From the IMG/VR virus record IMGVR_UViG_3300044452_000161: a DNA stretch of 64,000 bases; one strand, written 5' to 3'. The stretch comes from a virus. Below are positions 55,601 to 64,000 of this stretch, in pieces. Position 1 is the stretch's first letter. The number at the start of each line of letters is the position of its first letter. The position numbers were made by a program, and so were the translations under genes. The notes under the pieces are model-generated. The model was not told the DNA's origin. It was given only the letters and a program-made list of their open reading frames with translations, and did no database searches.

Positions 55601-56092
55601 GGAGATATCGTTTGTGACCGTATTGTTGTTGCTCGTAAAGGCGTTTCGGATGCAATCACCATTGTTAGACCATGCACCAAAGTAGCTGATAAAACGGCAG
55701 TTGGTGTGTATTCCAACACACGACCTGACACGGTTATACCTTCTGCCATGATTGACCGCGACAACATGGGCGGAAAACGCGGAAATGACTTTACCGAAGA
55801 CGATGTGAAAAAGCTTCGTAAAGCGCGTGACAAAACCATGCTGGAAAACCGTCGGGCAAACGCCAAGCTGATTTATATGAACTCACTTGGTGAAGGATTG
55901 GTCAATGTATGCGGACGCAACGGAGATTTCGAAGCAGGCGACCTTGTTGTGACCAGTGATTTGCCAGGTAAGGGCCAGAAGCAGGCTGACGACGTCATTC
56001 GAAACTATACTGTTGCTAAGGTCCGTGAGCCAGTGACGTTCTCACATCCTGATGAAGTTAAGACCGTGGCCTGCATCTACCTCTGCGGCTGA
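49676..56092 (+). CDS. central tail fibre / host specificity protein (lambda gpJ-like)
   Basis: DVISEGPCEGIV, YPDTAY, W..NPAWVLYD, EPRY..NG, GCTSRGQAQR; long C-terminal extension. Confidence 0.93.
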   Translation: MKDFVDIQGFKKGQSDPPVEEANTLRSNSVAKLIDVISEGPCEGIVGGTKGAYLDGTVITNDDDTYNFEGLQLQERLGEPGQGWVWGFPQVESEVNVGTEVTAVAPITRTINDQTADAVRVKITVPQLTDLDTETGDLRGSRVELEILLKTASGPTFNVVHNMVIEGKNTSTYERGVRIGLPPGQGPWDIRVRRVTPDSTTSDLSNATFWSGYTLIVDAKMQYPDTAYAALIVDAQQFGSRVAERTYKYRGIISSVPSNYDPITRVYTGIWDGTFKQAWHNNPAWVLYDLLSNNRYGLGDLIPPSSIDRFGLYAIGQYCDELVPDGFGGTEPRYTFNGVIRSREDAAKVLDNVASVFRGMIYWGAGAVMTTADQPGTPAKLVTPANVIDGEFNYSGSPLSSRSSSVAVTWNDPVDLGKSSVIIVQRDDLIRKFGDRRREVTAVGCTSRGQAQRVADWILYTEEYETEMVSYQASLDHADVRPGQIISIADPSYAGARFGGRLRSATSVSNVATFELDGPVTMQTGETYSITVVEPDGSLTSYDLVNEEATVTTVTATTDFAADSNIPIDNAVWIVTASDVQPREFRVVSNTEKAKNIYEITAVIYNNSKYDFVERDIDLDAGDFTVFDDYVVVKPVTGLTASTYLKPQSGGVSSLRFVLGWDTPTGVYSQRYRVWLTEPNEARRLVEVTEATNIEIAAERALEGSYTITVQAVGLNDAVSPVAEIVVDTTGVFALSQAPTGWTGEGTLDGVILTGDASTNPAFKAFRIYGATDADPTLIFLADVSEAVFVRFSGESDNITRYKVSEIDHNSDAGSALTDFITVSKLADFTEVEGRVGILEANETVFSTADLNLALQDLTDQAYNAEERTRIQDLLQAAIDGVEATLETEYLVAADVDLALALFRQELTAQLGQRNLINTPYPYTGSSDVFGGWNNLVEDASIPVWAPVGATSFQATNTWAFETPVISGDADGKSFSIELDCETLGAPSGIQVGIFSGSVGAPNLISSVVFPGNANWTAVSDSFGPLSGTTTEYFFGVRAAGAGEDVRFRNLVILDDSEKAGIYSDIETVEVAAASANQAIAQQSLELQSSFKPGDYIITNSPRTGTINPTGQWQNVTVVANRPSSAPSFAESFQVGGTAAYENPRRIANLNGRTLEFTSQIDFTNAPSGVVFEIVGTLSTDLSDPSNSVIESHTLSGSGWTAITHRFTPSVDTVNWVPRLRCLNGGETADFYNAELFEQTDAEIANAAIQQEASTRAAEDASQASLITTLQSDLTDAETDISNLSSDLSVNYYTKTQVYTQAQTNSQISSTIAGYNLDLNSDFANLKDDVQDAESDISGINSNLSINYYTKAETDGEISTGVSQGLATYTVNLGGSNVTLQQLSSAVDGVRGEWSVVVNNNGVVSGIQLLSEQVDGGGSSSQLTIQADKFRVVSNTASSTSGAKTPFEISGSFVRLSGDVLIDGSLTLISDINKGSFDSATESQLDDASADAATAQLAANAAQTTADSKPDTYRQSSTPSSPNTGDIWIDTSNNKVKRYNGSSWQTAVLEAESVVAGWVYTGSLSAAQVNAVAINASSISTGTLNASRLALNGSFLEVGTGGVLQIADDAIDTDQLANDAVGSTQLANDVVNDIQTGVTDSAQALTDASNAQSDATQAIGDAATAQATADSKNETFIQFSAPTATGVGDLWFDTSGGFGSYILKRWSGSSWVEATIQAYEVRSDWVYAGTLTASQVNAVAINAGSITAGVLSATVLNLNGTMFTAAGNTLEIADDGIDTAQIANDAIENAQIANNAVQSDQLSANAVTAGKIAANAVTATEINVTNLSAINADLGTITGGSLDIGTSSQGLEVNVLGKENSVYANQNHINNYALYAENHFDNNSFASGAMFIRSHNGYTLQIVQTDNVTNNVAASIQNSGSGGGNAEIGCAGLTGGYAFEAISGGYYDTSGDGYAPFTGKHEAYMRANLEAQVQPGDIVCDRIVVARKGVSDAITIVRPCTKVADKTAVGVYSNTRPDTVIPSAMIDRDNMGGKRGNDFTEDDVKKLRKARDKTMLENRRANAKLIYMNSLGEGLVNVCGRNGDFEAGDLVVTSDLPGKGQKQADDVIRNYTVAKVREPVTFSHPDEVKTVACIYLCG

Positions 56093-56193
56093 CCGTTCTA
56101 CTTACCCTCCTTGTCAACCATTCTGTCGTGTGTTAGTTATTATGACACATGGCGTAGAGATAATTATCTCCGCTCAACTTTCCGAGGAATTAC

Positions 56194-59100
56194 ATGTCTT
56201 CTTGGGTTCGTACCGGAACCGTAGACCTTACAAATGGGTCAACCACCGTCACAGGTAATGGCACTTCTTGGCTATCCGAAGTAAACGTCGGATGGGCTTT
56301 TGTTGGTGCGGACTCCGAACTTTACGAGATCACCGCAGTTGTCTCTGACACCGAGATTGAAATCGATAACGCGTACGCTGGCGTAACGACCACGTTCGCG
56401 CCTTATATTGTATTTCCGACTCTTGGCCTGGTGCGCGATCTGACGACTGAAGTCCAGGCACTCATTGCGGACTTTCAGTACGCTGTTGTGGGTTTCCGCA
56501 ACGCAAAAGCATTCTTCAATACGCAAGCTAACATGCTGGCGGATACCAACGACTATACCTTCTACCAGGCAGGGGACCTTGTATGGGGGGCAGGCATTCC
56601 ATATCAAGTTGCGCCCCAAGGTGCGACTGACCACGACGTCATCTCTGTATCTGGTGTTAAGTTTTACAGTAGTTTTGCGAATAGCAACGCGGTAGGTGCA
56701 CCAGTTCAGGGTCCTGCTGGGCCAGGGTTCACAGGAGGCACTTACAACAGCGGCGACGGCACCATTACGTTCACTTCCAACGATGGAATTGGCTTCACGA
56801 CCGGAGATGTCCGAGGCGAAGATGCGTATCAAGTATGGTTAGACGCGGGTAATACAGGAACCGTTAACGACTTCTTGGACGACCTGTCGCAGGGCGCGGT
56901 CGCTCTAGCGCAAGCCGCGCAGGTTCTGGCTGAAGCTGCAAGAGACGATGCACAGACTGCCGAGACAAACGCCGCCGCTTCTGCCGCAACTGCAGCGGGA
57001 CATGAAACTACTTCCGGAACGAACGCATCTAATGCGGCAACGAGTGCTGCAAACGCAAGCGCATCAGAGATTCTAGCCCAGAGATGGGCGGCTGAGGATG
57101 AAGACGTTGTCGTAAGCACAGGCCTTTATTCTGCACTTCACTATGCTGCGAAAGCTGCCGCCGATGCGGCGCTCACTGCAGCCGACTCCTCGTCCACCAG
57201 TGGCGATGTGTTACTTGCTCAAACATACCGCGACCAGGCGCAAGCAGCACTTACCAGCGTTGAAACCATTTTTGACAATTTCGATGATCGTTTCCTAGGA
57301 ACGAAGACAAGCGATCCGACGGTTGACAACGATGGCGATCCTATTGTCGCGGGGGCTGTATATTACAACAGCACAGCCGACGAAGTTCGCTTCTACAATG
57401 GTGCAACCTGGGATAGCCCAGAAGCGCAGGCAGCGACTAGCGCAGCAGCCGCGCTTGCCAGCCAAACCGCTGCCGCCTCTAGTGAAGCAAATGCTGCAAC
57501 CAGTGAATCCAATGCAGCAGCTAGCCAGACAGCCGCAGCCGGACACGCCAGCGATGCCGATGCTGATCGTATTGCAGCCGACCAACACCGTATCGATGCC
57601 GAAGCGGCAGAAACGGCTGCGGTAGCAGCACGCGTTTCTTCTGAGGCAGCCCGTGACCTAGCTGAAGATTGGGCAGAACAGCCGGAAGACGTTGAAGTCA
57701 CAACCGGAAAGTATTCAGCCCTTCACCATGCTGCAAAAGCTCTTACTGCGCAAACCGCAGCGGAGGCCGCACAGGCTGTCTCTCTTGTAGCACAAGCTGC
57801 TGCTGAAACAGCGGAAACCGATGCACAAACGGCCCAAGGATTGGCAGAAGCCGCTCGTGATGCGGCGCAGTTGGCTCAGACCGCAGCAGAAACTGCACGC
57901 AACCAGGCACAATCTGCTCAATCCGCTGCGGAAACTGCAGAGACTAACGCGGCAGGACACGAGAGTGCTGCGGATGCGGATAGAATAGCGGCTGAGGCAG
58001 CTAGAGTGGCAGCCCAAGCGGCACAGTCAGCAGCAGAAACCGCGCAGTCTGCATCCGAGACAGCACGTGACTTAGCACAGTCTTGGGCTGCTGAAGCTGA
58101 AGACGTAGTTGTCTCTGGAGGACTTTACTCCGCACTTCACTATGCAGCGAAAGCAGCGGCAGACCGCGCCCTTGCACAGACGGCGGCTAGCGATGCTGCA
58201 AACAGTGAGACGAATGCGAATGCATCTGCGGCTGCGGCGGCGAGTGCACTATCCTCAATCCAAGCCGTTTCTGTAGGTAACTTTGCCAATGATACAGCAG
58301 CGGATTCCGCAGCGCCGACAGCGCCGGTAGGGGCGTTCTACTTCAACACTACGACAGACACTCTTCGAGTGAAAACATCGTCTGGGTGGGATGACGCTGT
58401 TCTGGATGCAGGAGGGTTTCTTGCATCCGCTAACAACCTGTCTGAAATCACCAACGCAGCCACGGCACGCACAAACCTTGGACTTGGTAGCGCAGCCCTG
58501 AACAATACGGGCGACTTCGCTACAGCGGCACAGGGCACGAACGCCGACACCGCACATGGATGGGGTGATCACAGTGCAGCAGGCTACCTGACATCTGTTG
58601 CACAAGGTGACGTGACCCAGCATCAAAGTGCGTTGACGATCAACACCGCGCAGATCGGCGACTTGCCTGCATTTCTGACGTCGGTTGCTTTCGGGGATAT
58701 CGACAGTGGGGCAGTGATCACATCGGCAGAAGCGTTCGCGGACAGCGACGTGGTCTTGATGACGGCGGCGGCCATCGACGATCTGATCCTGTCGAAAGGG
58801 TACAGCGTCGTCGGTCACACGCATGTCATCGCAGACATCACAGACTTTACTGACAACAGCACGGATTGGGATACAGCCTTCGGATGGGGAGATCACAGTG
58901 GGGTATACCTGCCTATAGGGGGTGGCACGCTAACGGGTAACTTGGAACTGGGCACCGATGGCGCTGTTCTTACCATTCAGTCGTCTACAGCGGGCCGCGA
59001 AGTCACAATATACGGCGATAATAACGCGGAACTAAGACATAATGTCGGCGGTGCGCGTCTGCGAAGCGGGACAAACCAGCTTCTGCATATCGGGGGTACG

Positions 59101-62100
59101 GAAGACAGCTACGTATTTACGCAGGGTTACGACTTCGACATTCGCCCCGGTGTGGGCGATGCTACCATTGACGGTGTGCGTATCCTTACGACAGATGACG
59201 GGGCGACCTTTATCCCGAACAGTGAAAAGGGATCAGCCAACGGCGTGGCTACCTTGGACGGCAGCGGCAAGGTTACGCTGTCCCAGATGCCTGACGGCTT
59301 CGACAACTACGAAGAACACGCAGACTTCGCCAGCTTTCCCGGCACAGGCGTTGCCGCAACCATCTATGTGGCGTTGGATACGAACTATCTATATCGCTGG
59401 TCTGGGTCGCAGTACAACCAAGTTGGCGGCGGAGGCAGCGGTGTTAATGCGGTCGAACTGACACACACCAACGGCGTGATTGCGTTGGATGTATCAGCGG
59501 GTACACACTTCCGGTTTGACACAGATATTTACACCGGGGCCGATCCGACAGTTCCTATTCTTGAGTTTGACACAAGTTTCTCGTCAGGAACCAACAATCT
59601 ACCAGCGGGTCTGCAAGAAAACGACGATGTGTTTTTGTTGATCGGCAACGACAACGCGACCACGATCACTATTGACGAAGCTGGTTGGAACTTTGTGTGT
59701 CAGACACGGCGTAACAACCGATACATGCACGTCTACCACAAGCGCATGGGTCCCGAACCAGACGCCACATTCAGCACTAACTCTTCAACAGAAGACGGCT
59801 TCATTGCAGTCTATCGTGGTCTGAAGGTGAACCCAGCTACACTGACCGAACCTAATCCGGCGGTGGATTGGCCAGCGCCCGATGTGACGCTGGGTGCGGG
59901 CGGTCATGGAAGCGCTTTTACATTCGACACAACCACCACCAAGGGTGCGTCGATCCGGCGTAACTCACTATTCCTTTTTGAAGACGTTGTGTTCGATGCG
60001 ACACCGAAAGGTATCATCATCCAGACCGGTCCCGGCGATACCAACGATTACCTGTTCTGGATGGGTTGCCGTGACGACAACAGCAACATGGAAATCGGCC
60101 TGCAATACGAAAACAGTGCCATCACAAACGGCAATGGTATCGCAGAAGCTATCAACGACACAGTATTCGCGGGCAAGACGGTTGATATTTATGTCGCGGT
60201 GCAGGCACACCCCCATTGTGAATTGCGGGTGGCGATGTTCGAAGCAGGCGTGCTGATCTTCAACGAAGTGTATCAGGCCGACAACACTGCCGATGCAGCT
60301 TACAGCACCGGATGGTCGGAGAACCTTACGGGTGCAAATGTCGGGCAAGGATCGGCAGGATATCAACCTGTGCAGGTGCTTCAAAGTTCTGGGTTGATCG
60401 ACAACCAGCATAGCGGCATCACGTTGGGCGGGACTAAATTCTGGAACCAGCAAGTGCCGTGGCCAGAATTTTATGGTGTCCTAAACACGCCTGTCGCCAA
60501 CTGGAAGCATGAAGAAAACTATGGCACTGGTACTGTGTACACACCGTTTTCCACAGGTATCGCAGAACCTGTGTCTGTCGATCCTGCTTACCTGATCTTT
60601 AGTCAGCTTGGTCCTTCATCTGATGGGGTGGTTCCCGACTTCATGACACCGGATGACGATGGTGACTGGGACACTGAAAATTTTGTCGCAGGTGAAAGCA
60701 CCAACGCTGTTATCGCGTTCCACTCAGATGGTCGGATTACGGATGGCGAGTACCCTACATATTCCGTCCGGTACAACGCCCCGTACATTGGCGGTCATTA
60801 TGGCACAATCGGTCTGGAACTGTTGACCCTACAGCCATCCGAAACCGGCTATCGAAACTTCACAATCAACTTGTCAAACTTGCCTGACATCACTGAACCG
60901 GCAACGCTGGAATTGAATGTGCGCGATGCAGGTGGCGGGTTCGTAATCAATGGTCTGACCGGGTGGATCGGACAGGTGCCGCAGTGGAACAAGGTCGGCA
61001 AGTATTCGATCTTGCTGCTGCCGTCTGATGATGGCGTCTATGCGGTACATCTGGGCAGCGGCGAAGAAAAGACAGAACGGTTCCAAGCACAGACGCTGAC
61101 CCACGCAGCAGGTGCGGTGCAGGTCGATCTTGGTGCAGCCAACATGTTCACGTTCGCAGCGGACACCTACAACGCAGGCACACCGGAATTCATCGGGGCG
61201 AACCTTGCGTCGAACTTCAATCATGGTGATGCGACCCCTATTGGTGGTGCGCGACCGGGCGACATCTTGGTGCACGTGCACAGCAGCCACTTCGGCAGCG
61301 CCCCGGCACCGGGTGCCGATCCTAACGTGGACGATGGCCACCCCCAGAACTATCCATCGTGGGTGCGACTTGACGACGGTTCCGAGGGCACCGGCATCTA
61401 TGTATCTGCACACTTGATCACTGCCGACACCATTACATCGGGTGGCCAAGATTTGCGCGGCTGGACAGGCAACTATCCTGAACAGTGCACCATGTTGTTC
61501 CGTGGTGCGGCATGGCCGGTTGAAAGTTTTGCGTATGAGAACGCGGCCCCTGAAAACCCTATGCAGAGTGAAGCCGTCACCAAGGTAACAGAAGGCGCAC
61601 GGGCCTACCAATACTTCCACATGGGCGCACAATCGAACGACCGCTGGCAGAACGACAGTGGCATGGACGACATCGCGTTTGCTAACTACGATCAGGTCTA
61701 TCTGGAAAAGCGGGATAAAGGTGGCTTTGGTTCATCGCGCGATGTCTTTTCAGCCTTGTTCGAAGAACGTGCAGACAGCCCCACACGTGACACAGGAACG
61801 ACGCCATCGGTATCGGAAACGACTGCCGATAATATGTCGGATGCGACCCTATCCCACCGTGTGTCGTTCGCCCTTGCCCCCGGTGCATCTAGCGGTGTTC
61901 TGACCTACAATATCACGTTCGCCAACCGGCCCACAGGTGAGTACGCCCACGGCTACCTGTTCCTTGAGTTGAAAGATGCTCTACAGAACTTTGACTTTGG
62001 TGGTTCCGAAGAATGGCTAAACGATAACGAGCCAACGTTCACGATTCCCGGCCTGTACACAATTGAGTATTGGGTAAGCGACACCCAAACCCGATTGCTG

Positions 62101-64000
62101 TACCACAAGACCGCTCTGGGAGGATTGCCTTACGCCTCAGAGGCACAAGGAACGAACGCAGATACAGCTTTTGGTTGGGGCGATCACGCCGCAGCCGGTT
62201 ATCAACTAGAGCCAACGGAAGGCGCATTTCAAGACGGTGACAAAACCAAACTGGACGGCATTCAAGCGGGCGCAGAAGTTACTGACACCGCAGCCGTAAC
62301 CGCAGCCGGGGCGTTGATGGACAGTGAAGTTGTCAATCTCGCAGCGGTGAAGGCGTTTGATCCGGCAGACTACGCGACGGCGGCGCAAGGCGCACTGGCG
62401 GATAGCGCCCTTCAATCGGTGGCAGAAGGTGATGTGACACAGCATCAAGCCGCATTGTCGTTCACCGTGTCGCAGGTTTCCGACTTCGATCCTGCCAACT
62501 ACGCGGCGTTAGCAGGTGCAACGTTCACAGGCGACGTAACTCTAAACAACGCAGTAAATTTCTCTTCGAACAACCTGAACACCGACCATGAGGCCGCAAG
62601 TACTTCGAAAGGATTGCAGGTTTGGATGATGACAAACGCCTTTACGGGCGACCTTCCGAATTACTCACACAACACTGTCCTGCATTTTGGTTTAGACCAA
62701 GTCCGTTGGGCGGAACTCGCAGTACCCTTTGGGGACAACAGTTCGTTGTTTTTCCGGCAGCACACAGACAGTTCGGGAGTTACTGATTGGAAGGAAATTT
62801 GGAACGAAGCCACCTTTAATCCAGACAACTATGCGGCAAGGTCGGGTGCGACGTTCACAGGCACTGTAACAATCGACAATGCCGAGCCTACGCTTAAACT
62901 GACGGAAAATGATACAACCACGGCGGCACGACTTATACTGTCGGCTGGTGATCTTTTCATCCAATCCGGTGCACAAGGGGGTGGAGAAACTTCCGGTGCT
63001 GGAGATATAAGATTTTCTGGTTATTTCGCCAATGATATCGGTGAATTTCAGGTGCTTCATTCTGGGGCTTGGCGGGATATCTGGCACGAGGGAAACCTCA
63101 ACCCCACCAATTACGCAGCCTTGTCGGGTGCAACGTTCACAGGCGACGTAACCCTCTCAACCAACGCGGATACAATCTTTACGGTGACTGCGGGTGACGA
63201 ATCCAATGCAATTATTGACCTCGGGAAAACATCGGATACCGACGGTGCCCGCATTGCTTACGACCCAGATGAAAACCTGTGGTTCTCAACAGACTCTACC
63301 GAACGCTTGCGCTTAAAGAAAAACGGAGACGCGCTGTTTAGCGGTTCTGTGCAAACCACGGGCGACCTAACCGTCAGCAACGTAAACAATGATCTAGCCC
63401 GCATAGAAAGTGACAGTGACCGTGGACGTCTACGTCTGTACCGTGCCGGTGCAACCGCCTACGGTCAGATAATTCACGACGGCACAAACTTCACTTTGTC
63501 CACCACAGCCGGTGTGGTTAAGGCAGACGGTGCTGCGGAAGTAACCGGCGATCTGACCGTTGGCAACTTGGTGTTCGACAGCACAACGGCTATGGGCGCA
63601 AGCGAAGACAACTATGTCCTGACCTACGATCACGCGGCTGGAAAAATCGGTCTTGAAGCTGCGTCGGGTGGCGGGTCAGGTGGCTTGTCTTTCAGTACCA
63701 TTTCTAGCGCGACAACTGCGCTATCGGGAAGTGGTTACATTGCCGATACCACAGGTGGTGCATTCACTGTAACACTTCCTGCAACTCCAGTTGCCGGAGA
63801 CCGTGTTGTCATTACTGACGCGACCGGAGATTGGGGCACGAACAATCTAACAGTTGGTAGAAACTCCAGCACAATTGAAGGGTTGGCAGAAGACCTTGTT
63901 CTAAACGTTAGCGACTTGTACGTGACGCTTCTTTATAGCGGATTGACTTGGCAAGTTTACGCAGAAGCACGTTCTTACGATGGGACTGCACCGGTTACAG
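56194..64000 (+). CDS. giant tail fibre / adhesin, partial (at least 2602 aa, no stop in window)
   Basis: ATG 56194 after GAGGA; MSSWVRTGTVDLTNGSTTVTGNGTSW fibre N-terminus; frame open wherever spot-checked through 64000 and absent from the stop-delimited track. Confidence 0.85.
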   Translation, partial: MSSWVRTGTVDLTNGSTTVTGNGTSWLSEVNVGWAFVGADSELYEITAVVSDTEIEIDNAYAGVTTTFAPYIVFPTLGLVRDLTTEVQALIADFQYAVVGFRNAKAFFNTQANMLADTNDYTFYQAGDLVWGAGIPYQVAPQGATDHDVISVSGVKFYSSFANSNAVGAPVQGPAGPGFTGGTYNSGDGTITFTSNDGIGFTTGDVRGEDAYQVWLDAGNTGTVNDFLDDLSQGAVALAQAAQVLAEAARDDAQTAETNAAASAATAAGHETTSGTNASNAATSAANASASEILAQRWAAEDEDVVVSTGLYSALHYAAKAAADAALTAADSSSTSGDVLLAQTYRDQAQAALTSVETIFDNFDDRFLGTKTSDPTVDNDGDPIVAGAVYYNSTADEVRFYNGATWDSPEAQAATSAAAALASQTAAASSEANAATSESNAAASQTAAAGHASDADADRIAADQHRIDAEAAETAAVAARVSSEAARDLAEDWAEQPEDVEVTTGKYSALHHAAKALTAQTAAEAAQAVSLVAQAAAETAETDAQTAQGLAEAARDAAQLAQTAAETARNQAQSAQSAAETAETNAAGHESAADADRIAAEAARVAAQAAQSAAETAQSASETARDLAQSWAAEAEDVVVSGGLYSALHYAAKAAADRALAQTAASDAANSETNANASAAAAASALSSIQAVSVGNFANDTAADSAAPTAPVGAFYFNTTTDTLRVKTSSGWDDAVLDAGGFLASANNLSEITNAATARTNLGLGSAALNNTGDFATAAQGTNADTAHGWGDHSAAGYLTSVAQGDVTQHQSALTINTAQIGDLPAFLTSVAFGDIDSGAVITSAEAFADSDVVLMTAAAIDDLILSKGYSVVGHTHVIADITDFTDNSTDWDTAFGWGDHSGVYLPIGGGTLTGNLELGTDGAVLTIQSSTAGREVTIYGDNNAELRHNVGGARLRSGTNQLLHIGGTEDSYVFTQGYDFDIRPGVGDATIDGVRILTTDDGATFIPNSEKGSANGVATLDGSGKVTLSQMPDGFDNYEEHADFASFPGTGVAATIYVALDTNYLYRWSGSQYNQVGGGGSGVNAVELTHTNGVIALDVSAGTHFRFDTDIYTGADPTVPILEFDTSFSSGTNNLPAGLQENDDVFLLIGNDNATTITIDEAGWNFVCQTRRNNRYMHVYHKRMGPEPDATFSTNSSTEDGFIAVYRGLKVNPATLTEPNPAVDWPAPDVTLGAGGHGSAFTFDTTTTKGASIRRNSLFLFEDVVFDATPKGIIIQTGPGDTNDYLFWMGCRDDNSNMEIGLQYENSAITNGNGIAEAINDTVFAGKTVDIYVAVQAHPHCELRVAMFEAGVLIFNEVYQADNTADAAYSTGWSENLTGANVGQGSAGYQPVQVLQSSGLIDNQHSGITLGGTKFWNQQVPWPEFYGVLNTPVANWKHEENYGTGTVYTPFSTGIAEPVSVDPAYLIFSQLGPSSDGVVPDFMTPDDDGDWDTENFVAGESTNAVIAFHSDGRITDGEYPTYSVRYNAPYIGGHYGTIGLELLTLQPSETGYRNFTINLSNLPDITEPATLELNVRDAGGGFVINGLTGWIGQVPQWNKVGKYSILLLPSDDGVYAVHLGSGEEKTERFQAQTLTHAAGAVQVDLGAANMFTFAADTYNAGTPEFIGANLASNFNHGDATPIGGARPGDILVHVHSSHFGSAPAPGADPNVDDGHPQNYPSWVRLDDGSEGTGIYVSAHLITADTITSGGQDLRGWTGNYPEQCTMLFRGAAWPVESFAYENAAPENPMQSEAVTKVTEGARAYQYFHMGAQSNDRWQNDSGMDDIAFANYDQVYLEKRDKGGFGSSRDVFSALFEERADSPTRDTGTTPSVSETTADNMSDATLSHRVSFALAPGASSGVLTYNITFANRPTGEYAHGYLFLELKDALQNFDFGGSEEWLNDNEPTFTIPGLYTIEYWVSDTQTRLLYHKTALGGLPYASEAQGTNADTAFGWGDHAAAGYQLEPTEGAFQDGDKTKLDGIQAGAEVTDTAAVTAAGALMDSEVVNLAAVKAFDPADYATAAQGALADSALQSVAEGDVTQHQAALSFTVSQVSDFDPANYAALAGATFTGDVTLNNAVNFSSNNLNTDHEAASTSKGLQVWMMTNAFTGDLPNYSHNTVLHFGLDQVRWAELAVPFGDNSSLFFRQHTDSSGVTDWKEIWNEATFNPDNYAARSGATFTGTVTIDNAEPTLKLTENDTTTAARLILSAGDLFIQSGAQGGGETSGAGDIRFSGYFANDIGEFQVLHSGAWRDIWHEGNLNPTNYAALSGATFTGDVTLSTNADTIFTVTAGDESNAIIDLGKTSDTDGARIAYDPDENLWFSTDSTERLRLKKNGDALFSGSVQTTGDLTVSNVNNDLARIESDSDRGRLRLYRAGATAYGQIIHDGTNFTLSTTAGVVKADGAAEVTGDLTVGNLVFDSTTAMGASEDNYVLTYDHAAGKIGLEAASGGGSGGLSFSTISSATTALSGSGYIADTTGGAFTVTLPATPVAGDRVVITDATGDWGTNNLTVGRNSSTIEGLAEDLVLNVSDLYVTLLYSGLTWQVYAEARSYDGTAPVT

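Noticed and set aside
31616-63633. Minus-strand ORFs within the structural module
   Set aside because: Antisense shadows of long plus-strand genes with biased codon usage; no RBS or recognisable motifs
56194-64000. Diversity-generating retroelement acting on the tail fibre
   Set aside because: No reverse transcriptase in the window and no repeat pair differing only at adenines
1-64000. Integrase, transposase or rRNA genes
   Set aside because: No recognisable motifs in this window; lifestyle cannot be judged from it

Overview
Window from a large tailed dsDNA phage, probably a long-tailed siphovirus of an alphaproteobacterial host. The gene set and order recall phiCbK-like/roseophage genomes; this is an inference, no search was run. 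Host evidence seen in the sequence: a circularly permuted two-piece tmRNA with an ANxN...ALAA tag, a tRNA-His lacking G-1 with U73, and GANTC-containing promoters. Layout: 0.2-3.4 kb small leftward genes plus a DNA-methylase-like gene; 3.5-4.7 kb AT-rich iteron-like array; 4.8-9.0 kb RuvC-like resolvase, two terminase-small-subunit-like genes and terL; 9-10.5 kb small leftward genes; 10.6-16.2 kb promoter-dense block of small early-type genes (possible terminal repeat); 16.5-29.3 kb RNA island with 32 tRNAs covering all 20 amino acids, at least 4 aberrant tRNA-like RNAs, tmRNA, several unassigned structured RNA candidates up to about 0.5 kb, and genes for Pth2, an RlaP-like nucleotidyltransferase, a YkuK RNase-H-like protein, a SLOG protein, a truncated H-NS and an adenine methylase; 29.5-31 kb convergent acyltransferase-like and HTH-sensor-like pair; 31.6-64 kb head, neck and tail genes ending in a giant tail-fibre ORF of at least 2602 aa that runs off the window and is missing from the ORF track. 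Best candidates for new biology: the ncRNA island, the fixed-spacing GANTC promoter class, the TGTCA-N7-TGACA regulon and the putative signal synthase/receptor pair. All family calls come from motif recognition by eye.
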